From: Albugo candida
Lineage: Eukaryota
Assembly: GCA_040437565.1 (NCBI GenBank)
Contig: JBDOQK010000008.1
Span: 372,001 to 436,000 of the forward strand
Reading direction: 5' to 3'
DNA length: 64,000 nucleotides
This document shows positions 12,081 through 24,598 of this stretch, one piece after another. The translations under genes and the position numbers were made by a program. The notes below the pieces were generated by a model. The model did not search any database. It was not told where the DNA came from and was given only the letters and a program-made list of their open reading frames with translations. Numbering within the stretch: position 1 is the first letter of the stretch; each line of letters starts with the position of its first letter.

Positions 12081-13874
12081 AAGGTTTGAACAACGAAAAA
12101 TGTCTATAGATTTGACTCACAATCAAATACAGAGAATCACGCGAAAGAAAAGAAAAAATCAAGGACAGAGAAAGATACTATCAGTAGCAGTGAAGCCACA
12201 AAACAATTGCAGAACTGGTTATGGGATCGCTATCTCAGCTTTGTAGATGAGATGCTAAAACGAGTTGCGCAAGAATCTGATGATCAAATTCAATCGGGTG
12301 CGTTTCGAACGCTTATGGAGCTTATATCGAGTGAAGAAATGTTTGGGACAAGTGAACAAAAATACAAGTTTGGCAATGAAACTTTTTTACGTCTTATTCA
12401 GCGCCTTGTTGAGTTACCTGTTTGGTCGGCGGAATTCGCAAGCATGGTGAAGGGAGAGTATGTAAGAGCGTATTATGATGTTCAATATTATCTGGTACAC
12501 TGAATTTTCTCCTGACCCAGCATTGTAACTGACTTTTGCATTTCTCTAGCTGAAAGATCTAACACACATACTCAGCCGGGATCAGCAGTCAACGGAAATC
12601 CATACAGAGATGATTGTCAGGAATGCTTTCAAGTTGCTTAAGATGGTACTTCTGTTTTAGCCTTTTTCGTCCACATCGAGTATATAAGACTCATTCTCTT
12701 TAGGCGAAAATTCCTGAGCGGTCAGAAGATTTGGATTCGTTTCTGATCAAACTTCCTCAAGCGAGCGATTCCGCTAGTGATAATGATGTCATCAACGAGG
12801 AAGAGGATGAAGACGATATAGCGGACAAGAGCGCCAAAAGAAAGTTCCGGGCCGTTGACGGAAAGAGTGAAAAATTCAAGCATAGATTGCAATCCCTCCA
12901 ATCTCATCGTGTGGAATTCAGTTCGTGTTGGATTGCACTCTTGCGGCAAAAATTGCCATCCTCAATGTACCGATCGGTTTTGAGCGCTTTACCTGATCAG
13001 GTGATGCCTCACTTGGTCAATCCTTTGTTACTTTCAGATTTCTTAAGTGATTCGTACAACGTTGGTGGTGTTACCAGCCTGTTGGCACTCAATAGTTTAT
13101 TCATCCTGATGCAAGAATACAACTTGGATTGCCCCGACTTTTATTCAAAGCTATACATTTTGTTAGAAGATCCCACACTACTGTCGGTCAGACAGAGGTA
13201 ACTAGAACGCAATTCCCATGGAAATTCCTGATCCTCACGCTCAAAGTAGGGATCGCTTTTTCGATTTACTCGACGTGTTTCTGTCGTCAACACACTTGCC
13301 AGCATACCTCACGGCTGCTTTCGCGAAACGCCTCGCTCGAGTTTGTTTGCAGGCAGAAACAGGTGCTATCCTGTTCATCGTCCCGCTCGTGTACAATCTG
13401 GTATTGCGACACAAAGAATGCACGCAGTTAATCCATAGGACAGGAGCTTTTGATCCATCTGCCGCTGAAGAAGCTTCTCGCCGTCGAGAAGAGCTGTCGT
13501 GTAAAAATCAGGTGGACGCTGCTGCACAGAACTTACATACAAATTCAACTCAAGTTGAGCTTAAAGATGGGAATGATCCGTACTGTGCCGATGAAAAAGA
13601 TCCATTGAAGTCACAAGCGCTCAAAAGTTCTTTGTGGGAACTATACAGTTTGAAGCACCATTATAATGCCGAGGTCGCCGCACAAGCATGTTGGTTTGAA
13701 GTCAAATTACGCCAACACTTTATTGATTTAAAGCCACACGTGGATGTCACGTATCAAAAAATATTTGAGAAGCAGATTAAGCGTCAGGCTAATGGACCTG
13801 TCCATCTTGGACATGAACCATTTACGAAATTGTTCGTTGATTCCGACGCCTTCACGAATGCTTTCTCATTTTGA
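11785..13874 (+). CDS. NOC4: Nucleolar complex protein 4 (CBF/Mak21 domain), multi-exon
   Basis: YYDVQYY; LLLSDFLSDSYNVGGVTSLLALNSLFILMQEYNLDCPDFYSKLY; FLSSTHLPAYLTAAFAKRLAR; ALKSSLWELYSLKHHY. The start (MELSQVRQIE) is inferred, and the 5' exons are also duplicated at 10985-11280. Confidence 0.9.
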
Positions 13875-14157
13875 TGCTCCCGGCACACGGTAGTATCTGG
13901 ATGGAGCAGATGATCAAAGTATATATAGAGACTTATATTCTATCCAGAGCTCAAGCCCGTCAAGTCTCATTCGTAGATACTCTATCAAGTTATAAAATGC
14001 ACCCAAAGTCTTGCTCGAGGTAATAGAAACGTTCAAATTGCGAACACTTGAAGTCTTCTTTGCCATCGTCACTATAAACACCGCACATGTACGATTTGAT
14101 CGAATAAATGCGATAACGAAGCAACCGACGTAATGAAATGTATTCTTAGTCTCAAAA

Positions 14158-17100
14158 CTAATCGTTCGTACTCATCATTTGCCCGCGATAAAATTCATTA
14201 AAGTCAAACCGAAACACCAGATATGGAGCGCCTTGATGTCTGAGTAGGAGAGTGTGTAAGCACATGCTATTCTTTATCAAAAATTGGTTGTTTGCACGCA
14301 CCCACTCCCTTTGACTCGTATCAAGTCTTGAAGATTTCTAAATTGTGCTCTAAAAGAAGCCGCCAATTCACCGATCCGTTCGCCCACCTCTATACCCGAC
14401 CCAAACATAACATCCTGCTCCTTCTCCACGTACTTGACCTTATCCTGTCCCACCTACACCATGCATGACAATTTAATACGTTGATCAGCCATTCATCAAG
14501 CACGACTACCTCGAGAGAACGTCGATCAGCTGCTTGTTGTAGAAGTCTCAACTCTTGCACTCCTCTCAGGGCAACAGTATACAGATGCTCTTGTGTCTCG
14601 CAAAAACGGATGATGAGAGTGAAGATGCTCTTCAGCTGGGTCAATATTTCTGACGAATCTTCACTCATGAAAGCCTACATAAAAGCCTGAGATGCACGCC
14701 TCATATGCCGCAGCGATGAGATATATACGTGTTCTTTGATAGTCTCGATATACTCCTTGTGACTTTCAATGAACTTGTCCAGATCTTTTGCAGCCAGCAA
14801 GTCTTTGACTAGCTTGTGCCACGATGTCTCCAGAACTTCGAACATCATGTAGCTGAGAAGATTCCTTGTGAAATGTATCATCTCCGAACGCAGTAGTTGA
14901 CAAGCGTGGATAACTGATAAAAGTCCAGGAAGTCGGTTCTACACAGCAAAATTACCTCACTCAGTTTCTTCGACCAAATACTGATCTCCGACTGCGTTAA
15001 AGAACCTGAATCAAATGCCCGAGATTCATATCTTTCGACCAAGATGCCGATAATAAATATTCAACACGTTTCAGCCGCCATAAAAAGTGAAAAATTCGTT
15101 GATAATTAAGCATCGCAGCATCATCAATGACAGTATTGATTGGAGATGTCAATCTGTAATGCAAAGAGAATATATCCCACCCTGTCTCGCCTACGTAATC
15201 ACCAAGTGAACAACGACTTCCAAGTTTGTAGCTATAATGTAAAAGCACCAGCAGAAGCCTGCAATAGCTGAACATCCAATCGTGATAATATATCGCTCGA
15301 CTATAAACAAAATCCGGCAGTCCTGTAAGCGACAAAGTAGATGACAAACCTCAAATTTCCCATTTGAAGCATTCAGTGCCGTCTCGAAAACATTTCTTAG
15401 TCTGTGACGATAGATCTGACTTGCTCTTTGAGAAAGCTCGGGGCCCAGTAAATCCATAAGGTGCTGAATAAAATCCCCCTACTTTGTACGAGTATCTCAC
15501 GCACAAAGCTCAAATAGCATGCTGTCTCAACTTACTTGACCAAGTAGCATATATGATTTCAAAGCTTGGCAATGTTCCAGTAGATGGAATTTGTGCATTA
15601 ACAAACGGGTAAGATAGTCGTTCGTGACCACAGATACTTTGCAGATCATCTTCTCCAAGCGCAATACTTCTACGAACTGGCTGATTTTGGTTTCGACCGG
15701 AGCAACGGAATCAGATTCCCAACTCCCGTCGTCCAAGTACGCTCCATTTTCTTTCAGCGTATCTTTGCCAACTTCAAGTACCCACTAACAGTAAAAGGAA
15801 ATGAGCAGTTTTCTCAAATGGGAAGACTGCAAGACACCAACCTCTGTGTTTCCACAGCATTTTCTGATAAAGTTTATACTTTTTCCAATGATCAAAATCT
15901 TCTTCGCCAAATCCCTGTGTATATAATCAAAGATAATGTCCTTTTAGCCCAAACGATCAGCGTTCTACGTACAGTGAAATAAATGTCGGCAACATGTCCA
16001 GCCGTAACTTATATTGGTGCACCCAAAGTTGATCATCAGGATGGTTTTCCTCGGCCCTGATAAAAAACTCATGCTACTCATGATCGCGATAAGAAATCGA
16101 GATAGTGGGGAGTTTTGGTAAAGGAGAACCCACATGAGCATCTTCCAATTCGCCCTCGAAGACCCAGCGACGTATCATTCGAAATATCGGGTCGGAAATT
16201 TTCTTCATCACTTTTTCGATATAAGATGAAATCACTGGATCTCCATGAAACACATGAGAGTGTATTCCTGACACCAGATTTCCACCTCGTAAGCCTTCAA
16301 CACTGTTTTCATCATTGTATTGAGTCATCCTATCAAGTACTCGTATCTGTGCAAGGTAGTGCTCACCTGTCTAGCAGGCGTGCAATCAATCGTAGTCTAT
16401 GAAGAGGTTCATGTGTCCAAACCGATACTTTTCTCAGCGTAAGCTCAGATCTTGACTGGTGTTCCTTCTTTGCATTCACTTCAGCGTCCTCATCGACTTG
16501 TGCGGTGAGTACTGCAATCAAGCGAAAGTACTCGGTCAGCTCGACGTTTAACACATGGCAGAAGCTTTGTCCAACCTAAGGAAGATGCATATAAGTGTAC
16601 AGACATCAACTGTGAGTTGTGTGAACTGCACTCACAATCCCATACGCCAAGTTATCTCGNNNNNNNNNNNNNNNNNNNNNNNNNNNNNNNNNNNNNNNNN
16701 NNNNNNNNNNNNNNNNNNNNNNNNNNNNNNNNNNNNNNNNNNNNNNNNNNNNNNNNNNNCTTTGCATTCACTTCAGCGTCCTCATCGACTTGTGCGGTGA
16801 GTACTGCAATCAAGCGAAAGTACTCGGTCAGCTCGACGTTTAACACATGGCAGAAGCTTTGTCCAACCTAAGGAAGATGCATATAAGTGTACAGACATCA
16901 ACTGTGAGTTGTGTGAACTGCACTCACAATCCCATACGCCAAGTTATCTCGATACTTTGCGAGATAAGCGGTGATTTTGCGATATAACCATCCCAATTCA
17001 CAAATATGATAAACCAGGTTGCGCATAGCTAGATCAACAGCGATGTTGAAGAGTTTCAGGGATCTCAGTAGTGATTCACGTACGTGTTTGTACGCCGATG

Positions 17101-18226
17101 TCGTGGCTGATCTCAAAACGGTCTTTTTCGACATCAAATTTCACGTAGCGTGAGTCGATGCCTTGGAGTGCATACAAAACATCACGTAGCAGTACTTCTT
17201 CCGGGACCTCAAATGAAGTAGTTTTTTTGAGCGCTACTTTATTGTGTGAGTTATTTGCTTTTGGAGTGAGTGGTGGCCTTGATCTAGTCTGTGTATAGCT
17301 TCTCCTCAGTCCTGAAGTATTTGGAGCCAAAATACCCGCCGCGAGCTTGAACGACTCATCTAAGACATTTTCGATTTCAAGTCCCTTCATTGATGGATCT
17401 ATCGAGCATGCTTGCAGTTCTTCACTTCTTTTCAAATCTAACTTTGGTGCTTGCTTCTTTTCAATTTCAGTTCTCGACTCCCTTTCAGCTGTGTCCTTTA
17501 GATCTTCCGATTGCTCCGGATTACTAACGACATCAAGGTAGGATTCCGTAGAAGATGATTTCGGTGTGCGATTGCCCGTGTCAGCACGAGTGTCCCGGCT
17601 CTGCTGAGCAGACAACGATCTTCGGTGCCCACGTATGATCGACTCTGATTGTTTTTCTTCTGTTTTCGATATTTTTTGATCTGGTATTACGGAATCCATC
17701 AACAGATAGAGCAATAAGAGAGCCTCACTACAACACCAATCGTATAAAGTGGCCAACATGAGATTTCTTCTACGTCACATACCTTCTTCTGCCAATATTT
17801 TTGTGTGCAAGATACTGACTGCAGATCTCATGTAACCTTCCATAAGCTTTCATATGATCGCCATTTTTTAGGTACATCCTGTGCTTTATATTCTGAATCA
17901 CGGTCATCTAAGCATGTTACGTCAATCGTTTGTGTTAAATCAGTAGATTATGCCTGAATACATACCGAGTCTACCATGCGTGTAGAAGAAGCATCGACCA
18001 CCCGAATTGTCATTTGACTTGCTATCGACGAAGTTGTCGTCCCGGGCAAGTGAGGTGTCAGTTTTTTGGTCAATTTATAGATGAGATCAGTGACTTCCAG
18101 CGCTCTTTTACTATCGGATGATACACTCGCTTTCGATCTTGCATTACGCACTGGATTGCGGTCGATCGATGATCCTTGTGAGGATAATGACGTTGAAGAC
18201 GATGGAGACAGGTTTCGCAGGTTCAT
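14158..18226 (-). CDS. TUBGCP3: Gamma-tubulin complex component 3 (Spc98/GCP3), many exons
   Basis: EEVLLRDVLYALQGIDSRYVKFD; ELGWLYRKI; GQSFCHVLNVELTEYFRLIAVL; GLRGGNLVSGIHSHVFHGDP; YMLLGQGDFIQHLMDLL; GWDIFSLHY; YMMFEVLETSW; C-terminal FRFDFNEFY. Confidence 0.9.
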
Positions 18227-19170
18227 TGGAATGGTCCAATTGCGGTGAAACACTTAATAGATTTATACAGTTATTCAAGATTAGCAGCATCAGCAGCAAT
18301 AAATGTCATTTGCGGTTGCTCAAAGTATTACACACCCAAAATGATCAGAAGCTGTGTAAATGGCCTCACGGGCTAAAAAGATAAGTATCTCGGTCTCTAG
18401 CACATCGGCGAATAGGCAATAAGAATCAGCTTTATCAGAAGCGTTCCACGGCATTTGCAAAGCGTGGCAAAGAAAAAAAAATTCAATGGGAAGTACGCAT
18501 ATTCATACCAAACATTTTTCCCTTCGTGAGAAGCACAAAGAACACGAAAGTGTATGTTGTACCCGAAGATAAAAGGCAACGTCTATACGAGCATCAATGC
18601 GCAATAGGCACGCCATCGAGCACATATGTTGTTGATCACTTAACGCTACATAAGCGATTTCACAGGATTTTAATAATGAAACTCAAAATAACATAGAAAA
18701 TGATCGCTTGCAACGTTCGAAGCATTTAGCCGGATTTCGAGCGCGCTTGGACTCTATTATAATGTGGTGCTGCGCCTAAACCCATCGCATCGACATTTTG
18801 CACCATTTCATCGCTGCGTGATCCTCTTTTGATCATATAGCATTCAACGTCAACCTGCAATAACGACGCAAACAAACTATATAGTAAATTAATAAAGATC
18901 ACAATAAAATTGTCAATGTCTAAACGCATCGTTCTATCTGCTGGGTAACCTGAATCCGGTCCAGATGCTAACCGGACCGTTGGTTCGCACNNNNNNNNNN
19001 NNNNNNNNNNNNNNNNNNNNNNNNNNNNNNNNNNNNNNNNNNNNNNNNNNNNNNNNNNNNNNNNNNNNNNNNNNNNNNNNNNNNNNNNNNCTTGTCATTT
19101 CGGAAAAACACAAGCGTAAAAGAATTGAGTCGTCACGGTACTTTTGTGTGACGTGAATGTAATTGACCTA

Positions 19171-20313
19171 ATGGGACGAAGAGGTGTTGGACGTCGATTA
19201 AATGACCAGCAACGTATGGAGATCTTAGAAATAATGTCTCGTGAACATAAAGTAAAAAATGTAGATTTAGCAAAGCAGTATGGAGTCTCTGAAGGTGCGA
19301 TACGCAAGCTCAAACAGATGAAAGATCGTATACGAGATCGGTATACGCTAGGTAATGTACAGAATCGGGATAAGCGGAAGCGCGGTACATTTGTACGTAG
19401 TGCTCCTTTTGAGCAGGAATTCTTCGAGTGGATCTGTCGGATGCGAGAATCGCAACCGTATCAAGTAGTTCCATTGACACAAAGCGCTGTTCGTCAACAA
19501 GCAATTGTTCTGGCTAAAAACTATGAAGGCATGGATAATTTTAAAGCATCTGCGGGATGGTTTGCACGCTTTTGCTCCAGGCATCGTCTAGACCCACCAA
19601 GCATCGCCTCAGGACCGGAATCTATGCATTCGTTAGAAATTTCACCATCTTCTACATCAGCCTGTGTTGACTTTACGTCAACTGAGCTTCTTGCTCGTGA
19701 CAATCTCAAATCGAATGACACTATGATGAGTATAGATGAAGACAGCGCTTTACATGGAGTATGCTCATCTGATTCTCGAATCTTTTTGGCACAACGCAAT
19801 GACAAGGATTCGGTGAATCACCTTACCGCTACCAGCTGCCTCATCGGAGATTCTTGCGCCGCAGCTTGCATCGACTCGGCGTCACACAATGCAAAAATGT
19901 GCAAGCTTGATTACAGCTCAACAAAAATCTTCAATGATGCCAGTAGTTTAAAATCGACTGACAAGAATGTGGAGTTTGAGGATAAGCGCATTTCTTCTTC
20001 AGCAACTGAGCACTCATTTTTCGTTATGTCTCCCAATGGTAAGAGGACGGACTCAGTAGGTGACATGGAATATGCAGCCGGTTCGACAAGTGTTGCTAAG
20101 AATTCACTTTTTATGAGCACGACTTCAACTCTTGATGGCGTAGAGACCGTAACGTCAGCAATAGAAATTACGGCCGGCACAAATTTCAAATCACCAGATA
20201 CTAGTAACAGGACGAATAAAGAAGCAGATAAACCAGAGGCATGCACATCAATCGAATCGCAGAATGAAAAAGCGACTTGGAACGATGAGGAAATTTTTGG
20301 TCTGCCATTGTGA
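19171..20313 (+). CDS. CENP-B/pogo(Tc5)-type double helix-turn-helix DNA-binding protein lacking a DDE domain
   Basis: RRLNDQQRMEIL...DLAKQYGVSEGAIRKLK (psq-type HTH), then FEQEFFEWI...LTQSAVRQQA...FKASAGWFARFCSRHRL (Tc5/CENP-B HTH), then a Ser/Thr-rich tail. Intronless, intact ORF. Confidence 0.85.
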   Translation: MGRRGVGRRLNDQQRMEILEIMSREHKVKNVDLAKQYGVSEGAIRKLKQMKDRIRDRYTLGNVQNRDKRKRGTFVRSAPFEQEFFEWICRMRESQPYQVVPLTQSAVRQQAIVLAKNYEGMDNFKASAGWFARFCSRHRLDPPSIASGPESMHSLEISPSSTSACVDFTSTELLARDNLKSNDTMMSIDEDSALHGVCSSDSRIFLAQRNDKDSVNHLTATSCLIGDSCAAACIDSASHNAKMCKLDYSSTKIFNDASSLKSTDKNVEFEDKRISSSATEHSFFVMSPNGKRTDSVGDMEYAAGSTSVAKNSLFMSTTSTLDGVETVTSAIEITAGTNFKSPDTSNRTNKEADKPEACTSIESQNEKATWNDEEIFGLPL

Positions 20314-20402
20314 AGTTTCGAGCTCTAGACGGAACTCAAATGAAGTAGCGGGATTTTCAAGGATTGATAAATGCTAGAGCAAAGTATGCAACTTCCAGTT
20401 CA

Positions 20403-23400
20403 TTACGCTGAATATAGAAATAGCGATGGTTTGCCTGGTAGCGCCGCTTCTACTTTTTTGGCATCAGCGTTTTCGGGAAGAGCTTGGCTCACATAGAAGA
20501 ACTTCACAGAAAAAGAAATTAGGTGTGTAAGTGATCAACAGGTTTAAAAGCACTCACATCGACATGTTCCAACTCCAACGATCGAGTGAGGTAAAGCCTG
20601 TTGGCCTCCAATACTTCCTTTTGATCGTACGGCGTGCTGATTTTTTAGACGATAGTTAGACACTATTCAGACTTCAATATACAAATCAACGTACCTCAGC
20701 TCCATAGCGTCTTTGCCTCTTACTTCTGCTTCCGATCTGACAAACGCCGCAAATTGCATAACGTATTTCGTCATTTTCTTCAATATCTCGTCCTCATCGA
20801 TGGCAGCTTTCAGCGTGCTCATAAGGTCACTCGGAAAAGCATTCGCAGTCGAATCGAACTGCGTTGACATGATCCGCAACATTTTCTGTTGCCATAAAGG
20901 AAACTCGGTGGCCAAGTAAATATGAGCGTGGCTGCGTTTTGTTGGCACAGCTTCTGATCCTTTGGTACTGCTTTTGCTTCGATTGTTACCCGAACTTTTG
21001 GCTTGAATATCACGAAAATGACGGATGGTTTTGCCGAGGAAGTCTCCTGCACGGAGCAGAGAGTGATCAACGCTATCTACAATGGGCCAAGATGTAGTCG
21101 AGACGAAGCCGGAATTACCCATTATCGACCAGATATGTTCACAAAAGTGTGGGCATATTGGCGATAGCATGATGGTCTGCGCATTGACATAACGATCAAG
21201 TACCTTGGAGTGCATGGCGATTTCCCCACGAGTACACAGGTCACGATATGCATCCCGAGCAAGCTGGAACTCAAAGTATCCGGTATGTAAACCTTCACGC
21301 CATTGCAAGCGATCGAAAAAGTTTTTTGTCTTAAAGATGAGATCGTTCATCTGATTGAGAAACATTCGATCATTAAAGCTGTACTCTCCATGGCGTAATG
21401 ACGAGTTTTCCTCCTTCATCTTCTTAATCCATTCCTCTTCTGTTGTCAGACGCAAAATCGCCATATTACAGGTGTCACGAGAAAAGTTTGCATCGTCCAT
21501 TGAATCCCCGGCATCAGCACATGCGAATCGAGTAGCATCCGCGCCAAACTCCTCAGCACAATTTCTTATGGTCAAGAAATTTCCTTTCGATTTCGACATT
21601 TTCTCAGAATCGACCAGAACATGACCATTTGTGAAGAAGCTACGCGGCCACTTGGATGGATCATCTCGCCAGATCTCAGAATGATGGTACAGAGACATTG
21701 TAAGATGGTTTCGAATCAGGTCTTTCCCTGACGCACGTAAATCGAGAGGGTACCAGTACTCGAACTCTCCACGAAGTAAATCTAATACATGACGAGGAAT
21801 ATCAGAATCGCTTGGAAGGGGTCCACGCAAGAAAATATAGTCGAAAACTTGTTCGGTCATTTGTTCCGGCCGGAGACCATGAGATCCAAATTCAGCACCG
21901 TACAAGTCAACGTGTAGATGATGAGCAATTGTGTAGTAAGCCATATAAATGGTAGAATCTGATAAGGATTCCACGACAAATTGTGGGTCCCATGGAAGTT
22001 TAGTGCCCAGACCAGATTGACGACATGGCGCCCATTCCTTGAGCCATCCGAGCGTGGCTTTAAATTCACCAAGTGCGATTGGGTTATACGTGTTGAATCG
22101 CTTAGGGTCGGAAACATGCTCTAGCACCCGATTCTTCCAGTCTTCCGCCCCATATGTGAGATACCACTGATCTAAATGAGCTACCACACATTCATCACCA
22201 CTGCGCGACATGACAAGAGATTCTGGCTCCCAATACGATATTGCATCGCCTCGTTTGAGCAGTTCCTGACGGGCCAGTGGCTTCGCATCACATACTTTTT
22301 TGCCCTTGAAAGGACCAAGTAGCATAACACCCTCATAAAATCCCTTGAGATAGACGAGTTCTTTGGCTTTTGCAAGTTTGGCAGTATCATTTTGCGATAC
22401 GATTTTCAAGTCGTTGCAGACTTTGACGGCGGCAGTGTCACCATAACCTTCTATATGGATGATCGGCACAGCGTCAAATGGTAAGACCATTTCGTCAGTG
22501 ATGTTGTACTTTTCTCGTAAAGCTTTCTTCTGCTTCAGATCACGTAATGCTGCATAATCATCAGGTGAGTCCGACGGCACGCTCGTGACAATTCCAGTCC
22601 CTTTGCCCATTGAGATTGTAAGTAATGGTAGTGTGTAAATTGTTTCGAATTTGGCATTCGGTGCATGCAGCCCAAGACCGAGTAAATCCCATCCTGATAA
22701 TTCCAGAATACATTCTTCCTGTCCCCATTTTCGTGCATACTCTTGATGTGCCAAGTTTCTAGCTGCGCGTCGGCTCATGATAAAGACATCTCGATCGTTC
22801 ATGAGATATGCGCCGTACTTTCCATCCGGTAGCACAAAACAATTGGTTTGACCGTACATTGTTTCGGGTCGTAGAGTAGCTGGCGCCAAGTACACTTTGT
22901 ATTCTGTTAGCGATCCCAATTTCGACGGTAGTGGCTTTTTCACAAGAAGTTTGACAATGGTGTACTCTTGAGGTCCAACACCCTCGCCCGATGCCCGGTC
23001 ATGGTCAGCACAGCTTTGCTGATCCATGACGGAGAAGACGCTCGGTCGTTTTCCACGACTTATTCGACCATTCTTCTTCAGTATGTTCAATTGCCAACGA
23101 ACAAATGCGTCATAAAATGGATTCACATCGGTAGTAATAAAAGAGCGACGCCAGTCGATGTTCATACCATAACGCTTCAAATCATCTACTGCACGTGGAG
23201 GGAAAAATCGGAGCCAATGAAGCGGTTCGCGAAAGTTGGGTATCTCCTCCTCTACGATGTCGGACAACTGCATAATGTCATATTGTCGAACAATTCCACT
23301 CGTTTTAGCAGCAAGCTTGGAGCGCTTTCCTTTCGATTTGTTAAGTAGTGCATCGGAATTTGATACTAATTCCCAATCACAGAGTCTCAAAATGAATTCA

Positions 23401-23906
23401 CATTACTTTGTCTAATCCATACCTTCATTTCTATCCGTCTTCACTTCGTCGATACTAAAGTCCGGAGGGCAGCCGTATTGATCCAATTCATTTCGAAGCT
23501 TGTTAGCCGCTGCCTGGATAGGCATCCCCGTACAGTGAAACCCGAACGGAAAAAGCACATTTTCACCCAGCAAACGATGATATCTGTTATCACCCAAATA
23601 TACTTATAAGAGCCAAGAGCCAGAGAAGCTAACGAGAGGAAGGTACCGTGCGGAAAATTCAGCCTTCGACATGGAGAACAAATGCCCGACATGCAGGTAC
23701 CCATTCATATATGGAAATGGAAACGATGCCATATACTTTGGTTTCGTTGTGTCGGGCTCTGCCTCAAATACACGTTCCTTCTCCCATTTTGCGGCGATAA
23801 TGCGTTCAATGTCGATTAAGTGATCCCGACGAGAAAATGTCTTACTCGTCTTGGGATTATTGTCCTCAAGATTGAGTTCCTGCGTTTGCGCTTCCACTTT
23901 ATCCAT
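20403..23906 (-). CDS. LARS1: Cytosolic leucyl-tRNA synthetase
   Basis: [14 protein letters not shown]-type HIGH motif (here [14 protein letters not shown]), [11 protein letters not shown], editing domain [13 protein letters not shown] and [24 protein letters not shown]. About 4 short introns. Confidence 0.97.
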
Positions 23907-24598
23907 TGCTAGATTTGAGCAGACGAATACCACTCAAAAAGTTGGCGTACTTAGACGTATAAGCAATACTAAGCTTTAAGTGCGGAAGCAGCTGCCAAAT
24001 GATTTGTCGCGGATTTTTTGTGCCGTTGCTCTTACTTTCGATAGGAATACAAGGTCATAATCCAGAGAAAGACGGAGAAACTCAAGTAAGATTGACGTGG
24101 ATAGATTGTATTCTGACACATCCACAATTATTCGCTTAGGACTGTCCCTGGGATATTAAGGTTTGTGGAGATGGAACTTGGGTATATCGTGAACCTGCGA
24201 GAAATTGCGACTTCTCAAGCTGCTGGGTGGATCTCGTGGATTCATAAATTTTTTCATCACGCAATGCGATAATATCTGTCTATAGAAAGCTTCTTTGAGG
24301 ATTTCACAACTCAAAAACTCAACGCAGATCGACTACAGCTTCTTTAATGGCATTCGCATCTCAAAAGATATCTTGACCCAAAACATATAGAGGATTGCTG
24401 GGTTTCTAGCATAGTAGACGCATACACCCCAATTATCCATTAACAGAATACCACAATCCCTTATTTAGATGTAATAGAGCATATATGAAATCGCGCTGCA
24501 TGTAACTCGTTGCCTCGTGTACATTGTGCTGGTTATAAAGTGAGATCGTTTGATCTAATGATAGACGATCATCAACTAATAGCAGCACAATACGCATA

